Below the pieces are notes generated by a model. It did no database searches and was not told the DNA's origin. It was given only the letters and a program-made list of their open reading frames with translations. The position numbers and the translations under genes are program-made. A stretch of DNA of 64,000 nt from an uncultured bacterium (GTDB lineage Bacteria > Patescibacteriota > Minisyncoccia > UBA6257 > 2-01-FULL-56-20): assembly GCA_963768625.1 (NCBI GenBank), contig CAVYIK010000003.1:129274-193273 (forward strand). The letters are read 5' to 3'. Shown one piece after another: positions 29,975 to 38,740 of the stretch (positions are counted from its first letter, which is position 1; each line of letters opens with the position of its first letter).

Positions 29975-30004
29975 AGTGTAAGCCAAATCCGGGCCTTTTG
30001 TCAA
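29975..30004 (-). promoter_or_regulatory. sigma70-like promoter upstream of tuf
   Basis: Minus strand TTGACA, 18-nt spacer, TACACT, about 140 nt upstream of the tuf ATG. A perfect DnaA-box 9-mer TGTGGATAA lies at 30026..30034. Confidence 0.4.
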
Positions 30005-30076
30005 ATCGGGGCCCCTGTGGATTCTGTGGATAAAATCAGGGGGCGCTTTTAAGATTAAATTTTCATTAAATAATGC

Positions 30077-30104
30077 TTGACCTGCTCGGCTCTCTTGGTA
30101 AAAT
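30077..30104 (+). promoter_or_regulatory. sigma70-like promoter on plus strand (TTGACC, 16-nt spacer, TAAAAT)
   Basis: Near-consensus -35 and -10. No plus-strand ORF follows; an intrinsic terminator lies about 30 nt downstream of the predicted TSS. Confidence 0.45.
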
Positions 30105-30132
30105 GTATGTATCTTTGGGATTACCCACTCAC

Positions 30133-30159
30133 CCCGCCTTCGAGGCGGGAGTATTTTTT
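30133..30159 (+). terminator. intrinsic terminator: CCCGCC-UUCGA-GGCGGG followed by U-rich tract
   Basis: GC stem followed by TATTTTTTATT on the plus strand. Its 3' U-tract abuts the stop codon of minus-strand gene 30158..30556. Confidence 0.5.
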
Positions 30160-30556
30160 ATTGGCAATAAAAATTTAGGAAGGCGGCCTTAATAAGGTCA
30201 ATATTAGCGTCCGTTAACATTCCGATCTTGCTTCTCAGGCGGCTTCTGTCCAAGCTCCTTACCTGATTAAGAATGGCTCTGCCTTCCCTACCGCCATAGC
30301 GTATCGGCACATACCAGCTTCCTTCTTTTTGTCGAGTGGTAAGCGGTATAGCCAAAAATCCATCGGCATTGAATCTTTTGAATATCAGAACTGGGCGGCT
30401 AAAATTATGATCCTTTCCAAAAATCTCCACGCCAACGTTCACCCCTATGCTGCACCACCAAATTTCCCCCTCTTTAAAAAGGACTGGCTCTCTCTGATTT
30501 CTAAGCAAAATCTGTGTCTTACACCAATCCAAAAGGGCGAAGATATAATCAATCAT
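30158..30556 (-). CDS. type II toxin-antitoxin toxin, MazF/PemK-like (putative)
   Basis: 132-aa ORF whose pattern GEIWW...RPVLIF...AIPLTT...NQVRSLDRSRL...IG aligns with the MazF/Kid fold motifs. AT-rich accessory context. No convincing antitoxin ORF upstream. Confidence 0.45.
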   Translation of the reverse strand: MIDYIFALLDWCKTQILLRNQREPVLFKEGEIWWCSIGVNVGVEIFGKDHNFSRPVLIFKRFNADGFLAIPLTTRQKEGSWYVPIRYGGREGRAILNQVRSLDRSRLRSKIGMLTDANIDLIKAAFLNFYCQ

Positions 30557-30727
30557 GCAACCACACTACTACTTCACCGATTAAATTTTTCTAAAAACGC
30601 GCACGGGCCTGGACGATTTTCGAACGATAATGAAATTGGCTTCTCTTTTGTCCGAACCGTGAAATATTGATAATTGGATTGGGCCATGATATAACACGCT
30701 CAGTAAGCATAGGAAAGAGAGGAAGCG

Positions 30728-31036
30728 ATGGAACTGCTGAAATCTTGGGGAGCAACTTGGACCCCTGCTTTACATTACGCTATTGACTTCAGTTGCCGGT
30801 GCGGCTTCGAGCTGCCATTCAAACCCGAAAATCGCATACCGTACCTAGTGGGATTTTCTATGGAAGGGCCGCCCAGCAATAGAATATGCACTGGTGATGT
30901 TGTTGGTGTGCAGATTTTCCAGTGCCCTCAATGTTTCGAGATGTTCTGGTTTCATATGGGGAATCTCGCTGCGGCGTTCTATGCAATCAACGCACCACAA
31001 TGGCCGAAATGGTCCACTATGCCCCGCGACAGATAA
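30728..31036 (+). CDS. hypothetical Cys-rich (zinc-ribbon-like) protein
   Basis: 102-aa ORF with CRCG...CPQC. Flanked by 25-nt direct repeats GCACrGGCCTGGACGATyTTCGAAC at 30601 and 31076. Confidence 0.35.
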   Translation: MELLKSWGATWTPALHYAIDFSCRCGFELPFKPENRIPYLVGFSMEGPPSNRICTGDVVGVQIFQCPQCFEMFWFHMGNLAAAFYAINAPQWPKWSTMPRDR

Positions 31037-31145
31037 GGCCCCACGCTTTGCTGTTCGCGGGGTCTTTTCTTTTGTGCACAGGCCTGGACGATCTTCGAAC
31101 TGCTTTATTATCTTATACGGCGAATAAGTTTTATCGTACGCGTAC

Positions 31146-31439
31146 TTGACGTATATATTAATGAAAGTTATACTATGCCCAGCGTCTGCTAGAGGTTTTA
31201 CCTCCAAAGGAGAGACTGTCGTGCTAAAGAAGCTCAAGAATCGGTTTTGGCGCATCCCTATGATCTACGTCATTTCCGCGATGATCGCTTTCTCGGGGGT
31301 TGCCGCCGATCATCGGTGGTATAGCCTGGTTGTTATCTTCGGTCTTATGTCTCTTGTCGTTACGATCGCGACAGTAACTGATGGGTTCGATCAGCTGAAC
31401 ACCGGTTGTGGGTCCGCATTTATCAAGAAAGGAGGTTGA
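31146..31439 (+). CDS. hypothetical small membrane protein
   Basis: 97-aa ORF with two hydrophobic segments, followed by an intrinsic terminator. Confidence 0.4.
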   Translation: MTYILMKVILCPASARGFTSKGETVVLKKLKNRFWRIPMIYVISAMIAFSGVAADHRWYSLVVIFGLMSLVVTIATVTDGFDQLNTGCGSAFIKKGG

Positions 31440-33747
31440 TCGAGCGAGGGAAAACATTTCCGGAACATCGAAAGATGTTCCTTTTTTGTGCGCAGGAAAG
31501 GATTCGAACTGAAATTTGAGAATGTGGCTTCGCGCATAAACTATCCTTGAGGGGCATCTCGGAGCCGCGAAGGCGGCGAGAGCGAGGTGCGCTCCGAGCA
31601 CGGAGCGACACCGTCCCCGAAAGGATGGTTTGTGCGCGAAGCCTATCTCTTTTTCCTTCGATGATCAGCTGCGCCACGTTGTTCGGCGTCGGCTCATAGT
31701 GATCAAATTCCATCGTGAAGCTTCCGCGGCCCTGGGACATGGAGCGGAGCTCGGTCGCGTAGCCGAACATTTCAGACAAGGGCACTTTCGCGTCGATGAC
31801 TTTCAACCCCGGCCGGTCGCCAAGCGATTCTATGCGGCCGCGCTTTGAGTTCAATTGGCCCGTCACCTCGCCCAAAAAGTCCGGCGGGACAAGCACCTGC
31901 AATTTCATGATCGGCTCCAAGATCACCGGCTTTGCGCGCTTCGCGGCTTCCTGAAACGCAAGCGATCCCGCCATCTTGAACGCCATTTCCGAAGAGTCCA
32001 CTTCGTGGAAAGAACCGTCAAAAAGCGTCACCTCCACGTCCGTCACCGGATAGTGGGCGAGAATGCCGCGCGTGAGCGCCTCCTCCACGCCTTTTTCGGT
32101 AGGATTGATGAACTCCTTCGGGACCGTGCCGCCCTTGATCTCATCAAGGAACACGAAGCCCTGGCCGCGCTCGAGCGGGCGGATCTTGAGCCATACGTGG
32201 CCGTACTGGCCGCGGCCACCGGACTGTTTGATATATTTCCCTTCCGCTTCCGCTTCACCCATGATCGTTTCCTTGTATGCCACCTGCGGCCGCCCGACGT
32301 TCGCCGCCACGCCGAACTCCCGCTTCATGCGGTCCACGATAATCTCCAAGTGCAGTTCGCCCATACCGGAAATGATGGTCTCGCCCGTGTCCGGATCCCC
32401 CGCCACGCGGAAGGTCGGATCCTCTTCGGCCAGGCGGTGCAACGCCGTGCCCATTTTTTCCTGGTCAGCTTTTGTTTTCGGCTCAATGCGGATGCCAATG
32501 ACGGGCTCGGGGAACGTAATTTTTTCCAAAACGATCGGCGAATCCGGATCGCAAAGCGTGTCCCCCGTCGTCGTATTCTTCAGGCCCACGATCGCCGCGA
32601 TCTCACCCGCATATACCTCCTCCACCTCTTCGCGGTCGTTTGCGTGCATGCGAACCACGCGGCCGATGCGTTCCTGGTTGTTTTTCGATGAATTCAAAAT
32701 GTATGAACCGCGCTTCAAGACGCCGGAATAGTTTCTGAAGAACGCGAGCGTGCCCACGTACGGGTCGGTTGCGATCTTGAACGCGAGCCCGGACAACGGT
32801 TCGCTGTCAATCGGGCGGCGTTCTACCTCCGCGCCTGTCTTGAGGTCGTGTCCTTTTACCGGCGGCAGGTCGGTCGGCGCGGGAAGATAATCCACCACGG
32901 CATCCAGCATGAACTGCACGCCCTTGTTCTTTAGCGCGGACCCGCAGAAGACCGGCACGATCTTGTTCGCGATGACTGCTTTGCGGAGCGTCTTCCTCAA
33001 ATCCTCAATGCCGATATCCTTTCCGTCCAAATACATCGCCATCACCACGTCGTCGTTTTCCGCGATCTTTTCAATAAGTTCATGGCGGTGTTTTTGAACG
33101 TCCGCCTTCATGTCGTCCGGAATGGGCATTTCCACGATCTTTTCGCCGTGCTCTCCTTCAAAGGCAAATGCCTTGTCCAGTAAAAGATCTACGATGCCCC
33201 TGAAATTCCCCTCAAGACCGATCGGCAGCTGCACCGGGAGCGCGTACTGCGTAAGACGGTCTTTGATGGACTGGAAACTATTCACAAAGCTCGCGCCCAT
33301 GCGGTCCAATTTATTGATGAAGCAAATGCGCGGCACATTATATTCGTCCGCATAGCGCCAGTTCGTTTCGGACTGCGGTTCCACACCCGCGACGCCGTCA
33401 AAGACGACGACCGCGCCGTCCAAAACGCGCAGCGACCGCTTCACCTCCACCGTAAAATCGATGTGTCCCGGCGTGTCAATAAGGTTGATCTGATGCTCAA
33501 AATTCTTGTCGTGGTTCCGTTCGGTCGGGATCCAGAACGCGGTCGTCGCTGCCGAAGTGATCGTGATGCCACGCTCGCGCTCCTGCTCCATCCAGTCCAT
33601 CACGGTGTCGCCCGTGTGCACCTCGCCGATCTTGTGCGAAACGCCGGTATAGAAAAGCACCCGCTCGGAGACGGTCGTCTTCCCGGCATCAATGTGCGCA
33701 ATGATACCGATATTGCGCACCTTTTCAATAGGATATTTTCTGGGCAT
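31423..33747 (-). CDS. fusA: elongation factor G; annotated ORF carries a probably artefactual ~75-aa C-terminal extension
   Basis: AHIDAGKTT and all five EF-G domains. The canonical C-terminus ...[11 protein letters not shown] is followed by an Arg/Ser-rich tail. One extra A in the A5 run near 31650..31654 would give ...GKKR-stop. Confidence 0.95.
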   Translation of the reverse strand: MPRKYPIEKVRNIGIIAHIDAGKTTVSERVLFYTGVSHKIGEVHTGDTVMDWMEQERERGITITSAATTAFWIPTERNHDKNFEHQINLIDTPGHIDFTVEVKRSLRVLDGAVVVFDGVAGVEPQSETNWRYADEYNVPRICFINKLDRMGASFVNSFQSIKDRLTQYALPVQLPIGLEGNFRGIVDLLLDKAFAFEGEHGEKIVEMPIPDDMKADVQKHRHELIEKIAENDDVVMAMYLDGKDIGIEDLRKTLRKAVIANKIVPVFCGSALKNKGVQFMLDAVVDYLPAPTDLPPVKGHDLKTGAEVERRPIDSEPLSGLAFKIATDPYVGTLAFFRNYSGVLKRGSYILNSSKNNQERIGRVVRMHANDREEVEEVYAGEIAAIVGLKNTTTGDTLCDPDSPIVLEKITFPEPVIGIRIEPKTKADQEKMGTALHRLAEEDPTFRVAGDPDTGETIISGMGELHLEIIVDRMKREFGVAANVGRPQVAYKETIMGEAEAEGKYIKQSGGRGQYGHVWLKIRPLERGQGFVFLDEIKGGTVPKEFINPTEKGVEEALTRGILAHYPVTDVEVTLFDGSFHEVDSSEMAFKMAGSLAFQEAAKRAKPVILEPIMKLQVLVPPDFLGEVTGQLNSKRGRIESLGDRPGLKVIDAKVPLSEMFGYATELRSMSQGRGSFTMEFDHYEPTPNNVAQLIIEGKRDRLRAQTILSGTVSLRARSAPRSRRLRGSEMPLKDSLCAKPHSQISVRILSCAQKRNIFRCSGNVFPRSINLLS
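31462..31487 (+). terminator. intrinsic terminator GGAACAUC-GAAA-GAUGUUCC followed by U6
   Basis: Perfect 8-bp stem with a GAAA loop, then TTTTTTG. Confidence 0.6.
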
Positions 33748-33761
33748 TGCTGAAATTCAGA

Positions 33762-34229
33762 TTATCGCGCGAAATGCGCAAAGGCGCGGTTCGCTTCCGC
33801 CATCCGGTGCGTGTCCTGTTTCTTCTTGATCGCCGAACCCTCATTCTTGGATGCCGCAATAATCTCTTCTGCAAGTTTTTCCGCCATCGGTTTCCCTTTC
33901 TTTGAACGCGCGGCGCCGATGATCCAGCGGATGGCTAAAATAAAGCGACGTTCCGGGCGTACTTCCCGCGGCACCTGGTAGTTCGCGCCGCCAACGCGCT
34001 TTGAAGCAACCTCCAAAAGTGGAGATGCGTTCTCGATTGCCTTATCAAAAACCACCATGGGATCCTGTTTCGTCGTGCTCTTTATTATGTCGAATGCGCC
34101 GTAGACCACGCGCTCGGCGGTGGACTTCTTTCCGTCCTTCATCACGTAATTGATGAACCGGCCAAGCTCAACGCGGCCGTGGACGATGTCGGCTTTGTGA
34201 TATTTTCTATAAACGCGCTTTTTTCTCAT
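33762..34229 (-). CDS. rpsG: 30S ribosomal protein S7
   Basis: MRKKRV...; start at the internal Met of the ORF. Confidence 0.9.
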   Translation of the reverse strand: MRKKRVYRKYHKADIVHGRVELGRFINYVMKDGKKSTAERVVYGAFDIIKSTTKQDPMVVFDKAIENASPLLEVASKRVGGANYQVPREVRPERRFILAIRWIIGAARSKKGKPMAEKLAEEIIAASKNEGSAIKKKQDTHRMAEANRAFAHFAR

Positions 34230-34230
34230 A

Positions 34231-34641
34231 TTATTTCGGCCGCTTTGCCCCGTACTTTGACCGTTGCTGTTTCCGATTGTCCACGCCCGTCGTATCAAGG
34301 ACGCCGCGCACCACATGGTAGCGCACGCCCGGAAGATCCTTCACGCGCCCGCCGCGCACCATGACGATGGAGTGCTCCTGGAGTGCGTGCCCTTCGCCCG
34401 GAATGTACGCCGTGATCTCCATACCGTTCGTGAGCCGCACGCGCGCCACTTTCCGCAAGGCCGAGTTCGGCTTCTTCGGTGTCGTCGTGAAGACCTTCAA
34501 GCACACACCCCGCTTGAACGGCGACCCCGAATCCACCGGCCGGTTCGTGAGCGAATTGAAATAGTACGACAAAGCCGGCGCCTTGGTCTTTGACTTCAAG
34601 GGCTTCCTCCCCTTCTTTATTAGTTGTCGTATGGTAGGCAT
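34231..34641 (-). CDS. rpsL: 30S ribosomal protein S12
   Basis: [13 protein letters not shown]...[19 protein letters not shown]. The upstream part of the ORF is a read-through of tRNA-Ala on the other strand. Confidence 0.9.
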   Translation of the reverse strand: MPTIRQLIKKGRKPLKSKTKAPALSYYFNSLTNRPVDSGSPFKRGVCLKVFTTTPKKPNSALRKVARVRLTNGMEITAYIPGEGHALQEHSIVMVRGGRVKDLPGVRYHVVRGVLDTTGVDNRKQQRSKYGAKRPK

Positions 34642-34747
34642 GTGAGAACTAAGATGCGAACAAAGAAAAGTGTAAGCGAAACCGCGGAAACTGTCAATAA
34701 ACGGGCCTTCTCGGCTCGTTTCACTTTTTCGCTGCGCGGTGGTAGCA

Positions 34748-34821
34748 TGGAGCCATTCGGGCCTGTAGCTTAGTGGCAGAGCAGCCGGTTTGCATCCGGC
34801 AGATAGGGGTTCGATTCCCCT
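34748..34821 (+). tRNA. tRNA-Ala (anticodon UGC), CCA encoded
   Basis: Acceptor GGGCCUG/CAGGUCC with the G3.U70 Ala identity pair; anticodon loop TTTGCAT; T-loop TTCGATT. Confidence 0.85.
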
Positions 34822-34885
34822 CAGGTCCACCAGGCAAGCAAAAAGGGTTTGGGAGGAGTACTCGGAAGGGCTCCTTCCAAACCCT
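34822..34885 (+). repeat. long perfect hairpin, copy 1 of 3 (conserved loop UACUCGGAAGGG, 26-bp stem)
   Basis: GGCAAGCAAAAAGGGTTTGGGAGGAG - loop - CTCCTTCCAAACCCTTTTTGCTTGCC, immediately after tRNA-Ala. Confidence 0.8.
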
Positions 34886-35106
34886 TTTTGCTTGCCTGGT
34901 GGCCTCCTCGTTGTGGTGGAAGCGAACCCGAGCAGAACCCCGTGTAGGAAGGAGCGCGCGAAGCGCGGCGGGTGGGAAACCGAGGGTTTCCCAGATCGGG
35001 GGTCGGGGTGCTGCGACAGGGTTCGATTCCCTCCGACGGGCCTTTTGTTTTGGCTAAAAAAAGACTGCGGCGGCGGGGGTTAGCCGCGCGTCGCAGTCAG
35101 AATGCT

Positions 35107-35430
35107 TCAATGGCCCAAAAGCTTGGCCTTGCCGCTCGGCTTTCTTGTGATACAAAACACCCCGGGATAATACTCGAAAGCCACCTCGAGTACGATGGGA
35201 TCTTTGTCTGCATCCTGAAGCCCCGGGACAGCGCGGAGACTGGAAAGCCTACCGCGGCAACGCTTGCGCAGACGCTTGATGATGGCGAGAAGGCCGTGCG
35301 GGAAATTTTCCTTCATCATGCCGGGCGGGATGGTAAAGTAGCGCCTTCCTCCGCCCTCGTTTACCTCGACGATCATGTTCCCTTCCAGCCTGATGATCGG
35401 ATGAAATTTTGCGGGATGGGATTTGGTCAT
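35107..35430 (-). CDS. hypothetical protein
   Basis: 107 aa from MTKSHPAKFHPIIRLEGN; no motif recognised. Its start overlaps the stop of a 41-aa TM peptide ORF (ATGA). Confidence 0.4.
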   Translation of the reverse strand: MTKSHPAKFHPIIRLEGNMIVEVNEGGGRRYFTIPPGMMKENFPHGLLAIIKRLRKRCRGRLSSLRAVPGLQDADKDPIVLEVAFEYYPGVFCITRKPSGKAKLLGH

Positions 35431-35553
35431 TGACCTTTCCTCATCGGGCAAGGCGGCGCGGTTTTCGGGCGGTCGTAAGCCCCTGACGCAAATGCAACTA
35501 TGACGAATACTATGACCGCGATGGCCAGTATGACCCAGTTTAGCAAAGACATT
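35428..35553 (-). CDS. putative 41-aa single-TM peptide (MSLLNWVILAIAVIVFVIVAFASG...)
   Basis: Good Shine-Dalgarno GAGGGAG 8 nt upstream. Translationally coupled to the downstream ORF. Below the 60-aa ORF-track cutoff. Confidence 0.3.
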
Positions 35554-35615
35554 GCTTGTTTCTCCCTCAGACAGCCACTCTGTGACCGCCTCTTAGGTTG
35601 CTAAAAGCAATTATA

Positions 35616-36254
35616 TCACAAAAGCGGCGGTTGTCCAGTCGCGAGCGTGAAAAGTAAACTTATGATCGGCATGATGAGCTGGAACCCGAAGAAGACAAAA
35701 ACGAGGACGAGGAGCAATCCCCAGCGTTCCAGGAAATACATCGCGCGGTAGGTCGCGGGCGTCTGCGGCAGTGCGGCGAAAAGCACGCGCGATCCGTCAA
35801 GCGGCGGGATAGGAACAAGGTTGAATGTGCCGAGTAGGATGTTTATGAAGACGATGACTGCGAGCAGAGTGAGAAAAGAATCCGGCACCGCGGGGAAATA
35901 GGCAAGGATGCGGATCGCGATCCCGAAGATGGCGGCGAGGAGGAAGTTCGTGCCCGGCCCTGCGAGCGCGATCTTCACCGAGCCGGTTCGGGGGTTCTTC
36001 AGGTTGTTCGGATTGTAAGGCACCGGCTTCGCGGCGGCAAAGAAGAACGCGCCGCCCGAGGCGATATAAAGGAGGATGGGCATAAGAATTGATCCGAAGG
36101 GATCAAGATGCACGAGCGGGTTCAGCGTGAGACGCCCGGCGTTCCGCGCCGTGGGGTCCCCCAGCCGTTCCGCCTCATAGCCGTGCGCGATCTCGTGGAG
36201 TACCGCCGAAAAAAGCAAAACGATGAATTCAAAGATAGTGATTGCAATGTTCAT
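35616..36254 (-). CDS. site-2 protease family zinc metalloprotease (peptidase M50)
   Basis: HEIAHG (HExxH) and NLVPIPPLDGS (LDG motif); about 6 TM segments. Confidence 0.8.
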   Translation of the reverse strand: MNIAITIFEFIVLLFSAVLHEIAHGYEAERLGDPTARNAGRLTLNPLVHLDPFGSILMPILLYIASGGAFFFAAAKPVPYNPNNLKNPRTGSVKIALAGPGTNFLLAAIFGIAIRILAYFPAVPDSFLTLLAVIVFINILLGTFNLVPIPPLDGSRVLFAALPQTPATYRAMYFLERWGLLLVLVFVFFGFQLIMPIISLLFTLATGQPPLL

Positions 36255-36295
36255 AAAGGTAATTGTACCATTAGGTTATCTACGACGCCCTCGTA

Positions 36296-36370
36296 GTCTA
36301 ACGGATAAAACGCGAGCCTTCGAAGCTCGATTTGGGGGTTCGAATCCCTCCGAGGGCACCAAGAGTTTTA
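36296..36370 (+). tRNA. tRNA-Arg (anticodon UCG), CCA encoded
   Basis: Acceptor GCCCTCG/CGAGGGC; anticodon stem CGAGC/GCTCG; loop CTTCGAA. Confidence 0.75.
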
Positions 36371-36406
36371 CAAAACCCAGGAAATAGGATAAGTTTTTAC
36401 AGAAAG

Positions 36407-36482
36407 CGCCCATAGCTCAATTGGCAGAGCAGCTCCCTCTTAAGGAGACGGTTCTAGGTTCAAGTCCTAGTGGGCGCACCAA
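36407..36482 (+). tRNA. tRNA-Lys (anticodon CUU), CCA encoded
   Basis: Acceptor GCGCCCA/TGGGCGC; D-stem GCTC/GAGC; anticodon loop CTCTTAA; T-loop TTCAAGT. Confidence 0.7.
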
Positions 36483-36494
36483 CAATCGGCTCAT

Positions 36495-38636
36495 GTGCTA
36501 TACTATGGGCAACCAATGGCCCAGGTTGCGCTTGACACTCCGCTTTTTGAGGTCCTCGGCGCGAAGTCCGCGTTCTTGAAACGGTTGGAGCGCCTCGGCC
36601 TCATGAATGTCCGCGACCTTCTCTGGCATTTCCCGTTCCGCTACGAAGATTTTTCAAAGATCTATCCCATCGCCGACCTTGAACCCGGGCAGCAAGCGAC
36701 GATCCAGGGCGTGATCGAAGAAGTGCATGTCGGCCACAGCTGGCGGAAGCACATGAGCATCGTGGACGCGACAATCGCGGACGACACGGAGTCCATCCGC
36801 GCGGTCTGGTTCAACCAGCCGTACGTCGCGAACGTCCTGAAGGTAGGCCGCCTCGCAAACTTTGCGGGGAAGGTTTCCATTTCCGAAGAAGGCGACCTGT
36901 ACTTGAGCCATCCTTCCTACGAGATCGTGCATGCCACGGAGACCAAGCACACCGCCCGACTCGTCCCCATCTATCCCGAAACGCGCGGCCTCACGTCGCG
37001 CGGCCTGCGGTTCATCATCCAATCGGTCCTTAAGCGGGCGCCCACGCTCAAAGAGTGGATCCCGGAGCCCACACTCGCAAAGCTCGGTTTCCCCGAACTC
37101 AACCATGCGATCCATTCCATTCATTTTCCGAAGCGGATGGAAGATGCTGCCGCCGCACGGAAAAGATTTTTATTTGAAGACCTTTTCCTCCTCCAGCTCG
37201 CGAACCTCCAGCAAAAATTGAAGCTTGCGCGGGAAAAAGCGCCGGTCGTGACGGCGGACATAGAAAAGGTGAAGGCGGTGCTTGCGCGGCTGCCCTTCGC
37301 GCTCACCGATTCGCAGAAAAAATCGCTCTGGGAGATCATCAAAGACATTGAACGCCCGCGTCCGATGAACCGCCTTTTGCAGGGAGATGTGGGTTCCGGG
37401 AAAACGGTGGTCGCTGCCGTCGCCGCAATGGTCGCGGCGGAGAATAAATATCAGACCGCTTTCATGGCGCCGACCGAGATCCTCGCGCGCCAGCATTTTG
37501 AAACGATGAAGGGACTGCTTGCGAAGCTCCCTGAGGAGCTCCAGCCCACGATCGGGCTCGTCACGGGAAGTGGCGCCACCGTGCTCTACGAAAACGACGT
37601 CGCGGCGCCCGTCTCCAAGCCCGCGATGGCGGAGAAAGTGGCCGCGGGCGAGATCGCGATCGTTTTCGGCACACACGCCCTCATCCAAAAAACCCTCCGG
37701 TTCAAAAATATCGGCCTTGTGATCGTGGACGAACAGCATCGCTTCGGCGTGCGCCAGCGGGCCGAGCTCGTCACGAAAAAGAACGGGATCATCCCCCACT
37801 TCTTGAGCATGTCGGCGACGCCGATCCCGCGGACGCTCATGCTCACCGTTTTCGGCGACCTTGATCTCTCGCTCATCACGGAGCTCCCGGGCGGCCGCAA
37901 GCCCGTTGCGACGAAGATCGTCCTTCCTATTGAGCGGCAGGCGACCTATACCTTTGTGAAAAAACAGATAAAAGAAGGGCGGCAGGCGTTCGTGATCTGC
38001 CCTCGAATAGAAAAAAGCGAGGTGCTGGATCTTCCTAACGCCGTGCTTGAGATGCGATCCGTCAAAGAAGAATATGAAAAGCTGCGCACGAAGATATTTC
38101 CCGACCTCCGCATTGCTATGCTCCACGGTCAGATGAAAGGAAAAGAAAAAACGGAGATCATGCAGCGGTTCAAGGCGCGGGAGTTCGACCTCCTCGTTAC
38201 GACTTCCGTCGTCGAGGTCGGCGTGGACGTCCAAAACGCATCCATCATGCTCATAGAAGGCGCGGACCGGTTCGGCCTCGCCCAGCTTTACCAGTTCCGC
38301 GGACGCGTCGGACGCGGCGAATACCAATCATATTGTTTTTTGATGGCGGAGTCCGATGCGAAAGCGGCGAACGCGCGGCTCAAGGCGATCATGGAAGCGA
38401 AGAACGGCTTTGAACTTGCAGAGAAGGACCTCGCGCTCCGCGGCCCCGGCCAGTTCTTCGGCGAAGTGCAGACGGGGCTGCCCGACATAGCGATGACCGC
38501 GCTCCAGGATCCCATGCTTGTAAAAGCGAGCCGCGAAGCCGCAGCCGCACTCCTCCAGAGCGACCCCTCGCTTAAAGCTTCCCTCCCCCTCAAAGCGAAG
38601 GTCGCCGAGTTCCGCACTGGTCTTCACCTAGAATAG
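36495..38636 (+). CDS. recG: ATP-dependent DNA helicase RecG
   Basis: 713 aa, intact. N-terminal wedge/OB domain; helicase motif I GDVGSGKT, motif II DEQHRFG, motif VI QLYQFRGRVGRG. Confidence 0.85.
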   Translation: MLYYGQPMAQVALDTPLFEVLGAKSAFLKRLERLGLMNVRDLLWHFPFRYEDFSKIYPIADLEPGQQATIQGVIEEVHVGHSWRKHMSIVDATIADDTESIRAVWFNQPYVANVLKVGRLANFAGKVSISEEGDLYLSHPSYEIVHATETKHTARLVPIYPETRGLTSRGLRFIIQSVLKRAPTLKEWIPEPTLAKLGFPELNHAIHSIHFPKRMEDAAAARKRFLFEDLFLLQLANLQQKLKLAREKAPVVTADIEKVKAVLARLPFALTDSQKKSLWEIIKDIERPRPMNRLLQGDVGSGKTVVAAVAAMVAAENKYQTAFMAPTEILARQHFETMKGLLAKLPEELQPTIGLVTGSGATVLYENDVAAPVSKPAMAEKVAAGEIAIVFGTHALIQKTLRFKNIGLVIVDEQHRFGVRQRAELVTKKNGIIPHFLSMSATPIPRTLMLTVFGDLDLSLITELPGGRKPVATKIVLPIERQATYTFVKKQIKEGRQAFVICPRIEKSEVLDLPNAVLEMRSVKEEYEKLRTKIFPDLRIAMLHGQMKGKEKTEIMQRFKAREFDLLVTTSVVEVGVDVQNASIMLIEGADRFGLAQLYQFRGRVGRGEYQSYCFLMAESDAKAANARLKAIMEAKNGFELAEKDLALRGPGQFFGEVQTGLPDIAMTALQDPMLVKASREAAAALLQSDPSLKASLPLKAKVAEFRTGLHLE

Positions 38637-38650
38637 TTGTCACGTCAGTC

Positions 38651-38726
38651 AAGCAGCCAGAAGGAAGTAGCTTTGGAGAGAGTACTCGGAAGGGCTCTCT
38701 CCAAAGCTACTTCCTTCTGGCTGCTT
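38651..38726 (+). repeat. long perfect hairpin, copy 2 of 3 (same conserved loop, different covarying arms)
   Basis: ...CAGCCAGAAGGAAGTAGCTTTGGAGAGAG - UACUCGGAAGGG - CTCTCTCCAAAGCTACTTCCTTCTGGCTG..., directly after the recG stop. Confidence 0.8.
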
Positions 38727-38740
38727 CCCCGCAAGGCAGG

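Noticed and set aside
30572-30685. 37-aa minus-strand ORF upstream of the MazF-like gene as its antitoxin
   Set aside because: No MazE/AbrB/RHH-like features, no Shine-Dalgarno, and it overlaps the 25-nt direct repeat. Kept only as a weak possibility.
34740-34830. N-terminal 63 residues of the rpsL ORF ([27 protein letters not shown]...)
   Set aside because: This is a read-through of tRNA-Ala on the opposite strand. The true S12 starts at MPTIRQL (34641).
37170-38327. 385-aa minus-strand ORF
   Set aside because: Antisense to recG; no motifs; composition artefact.
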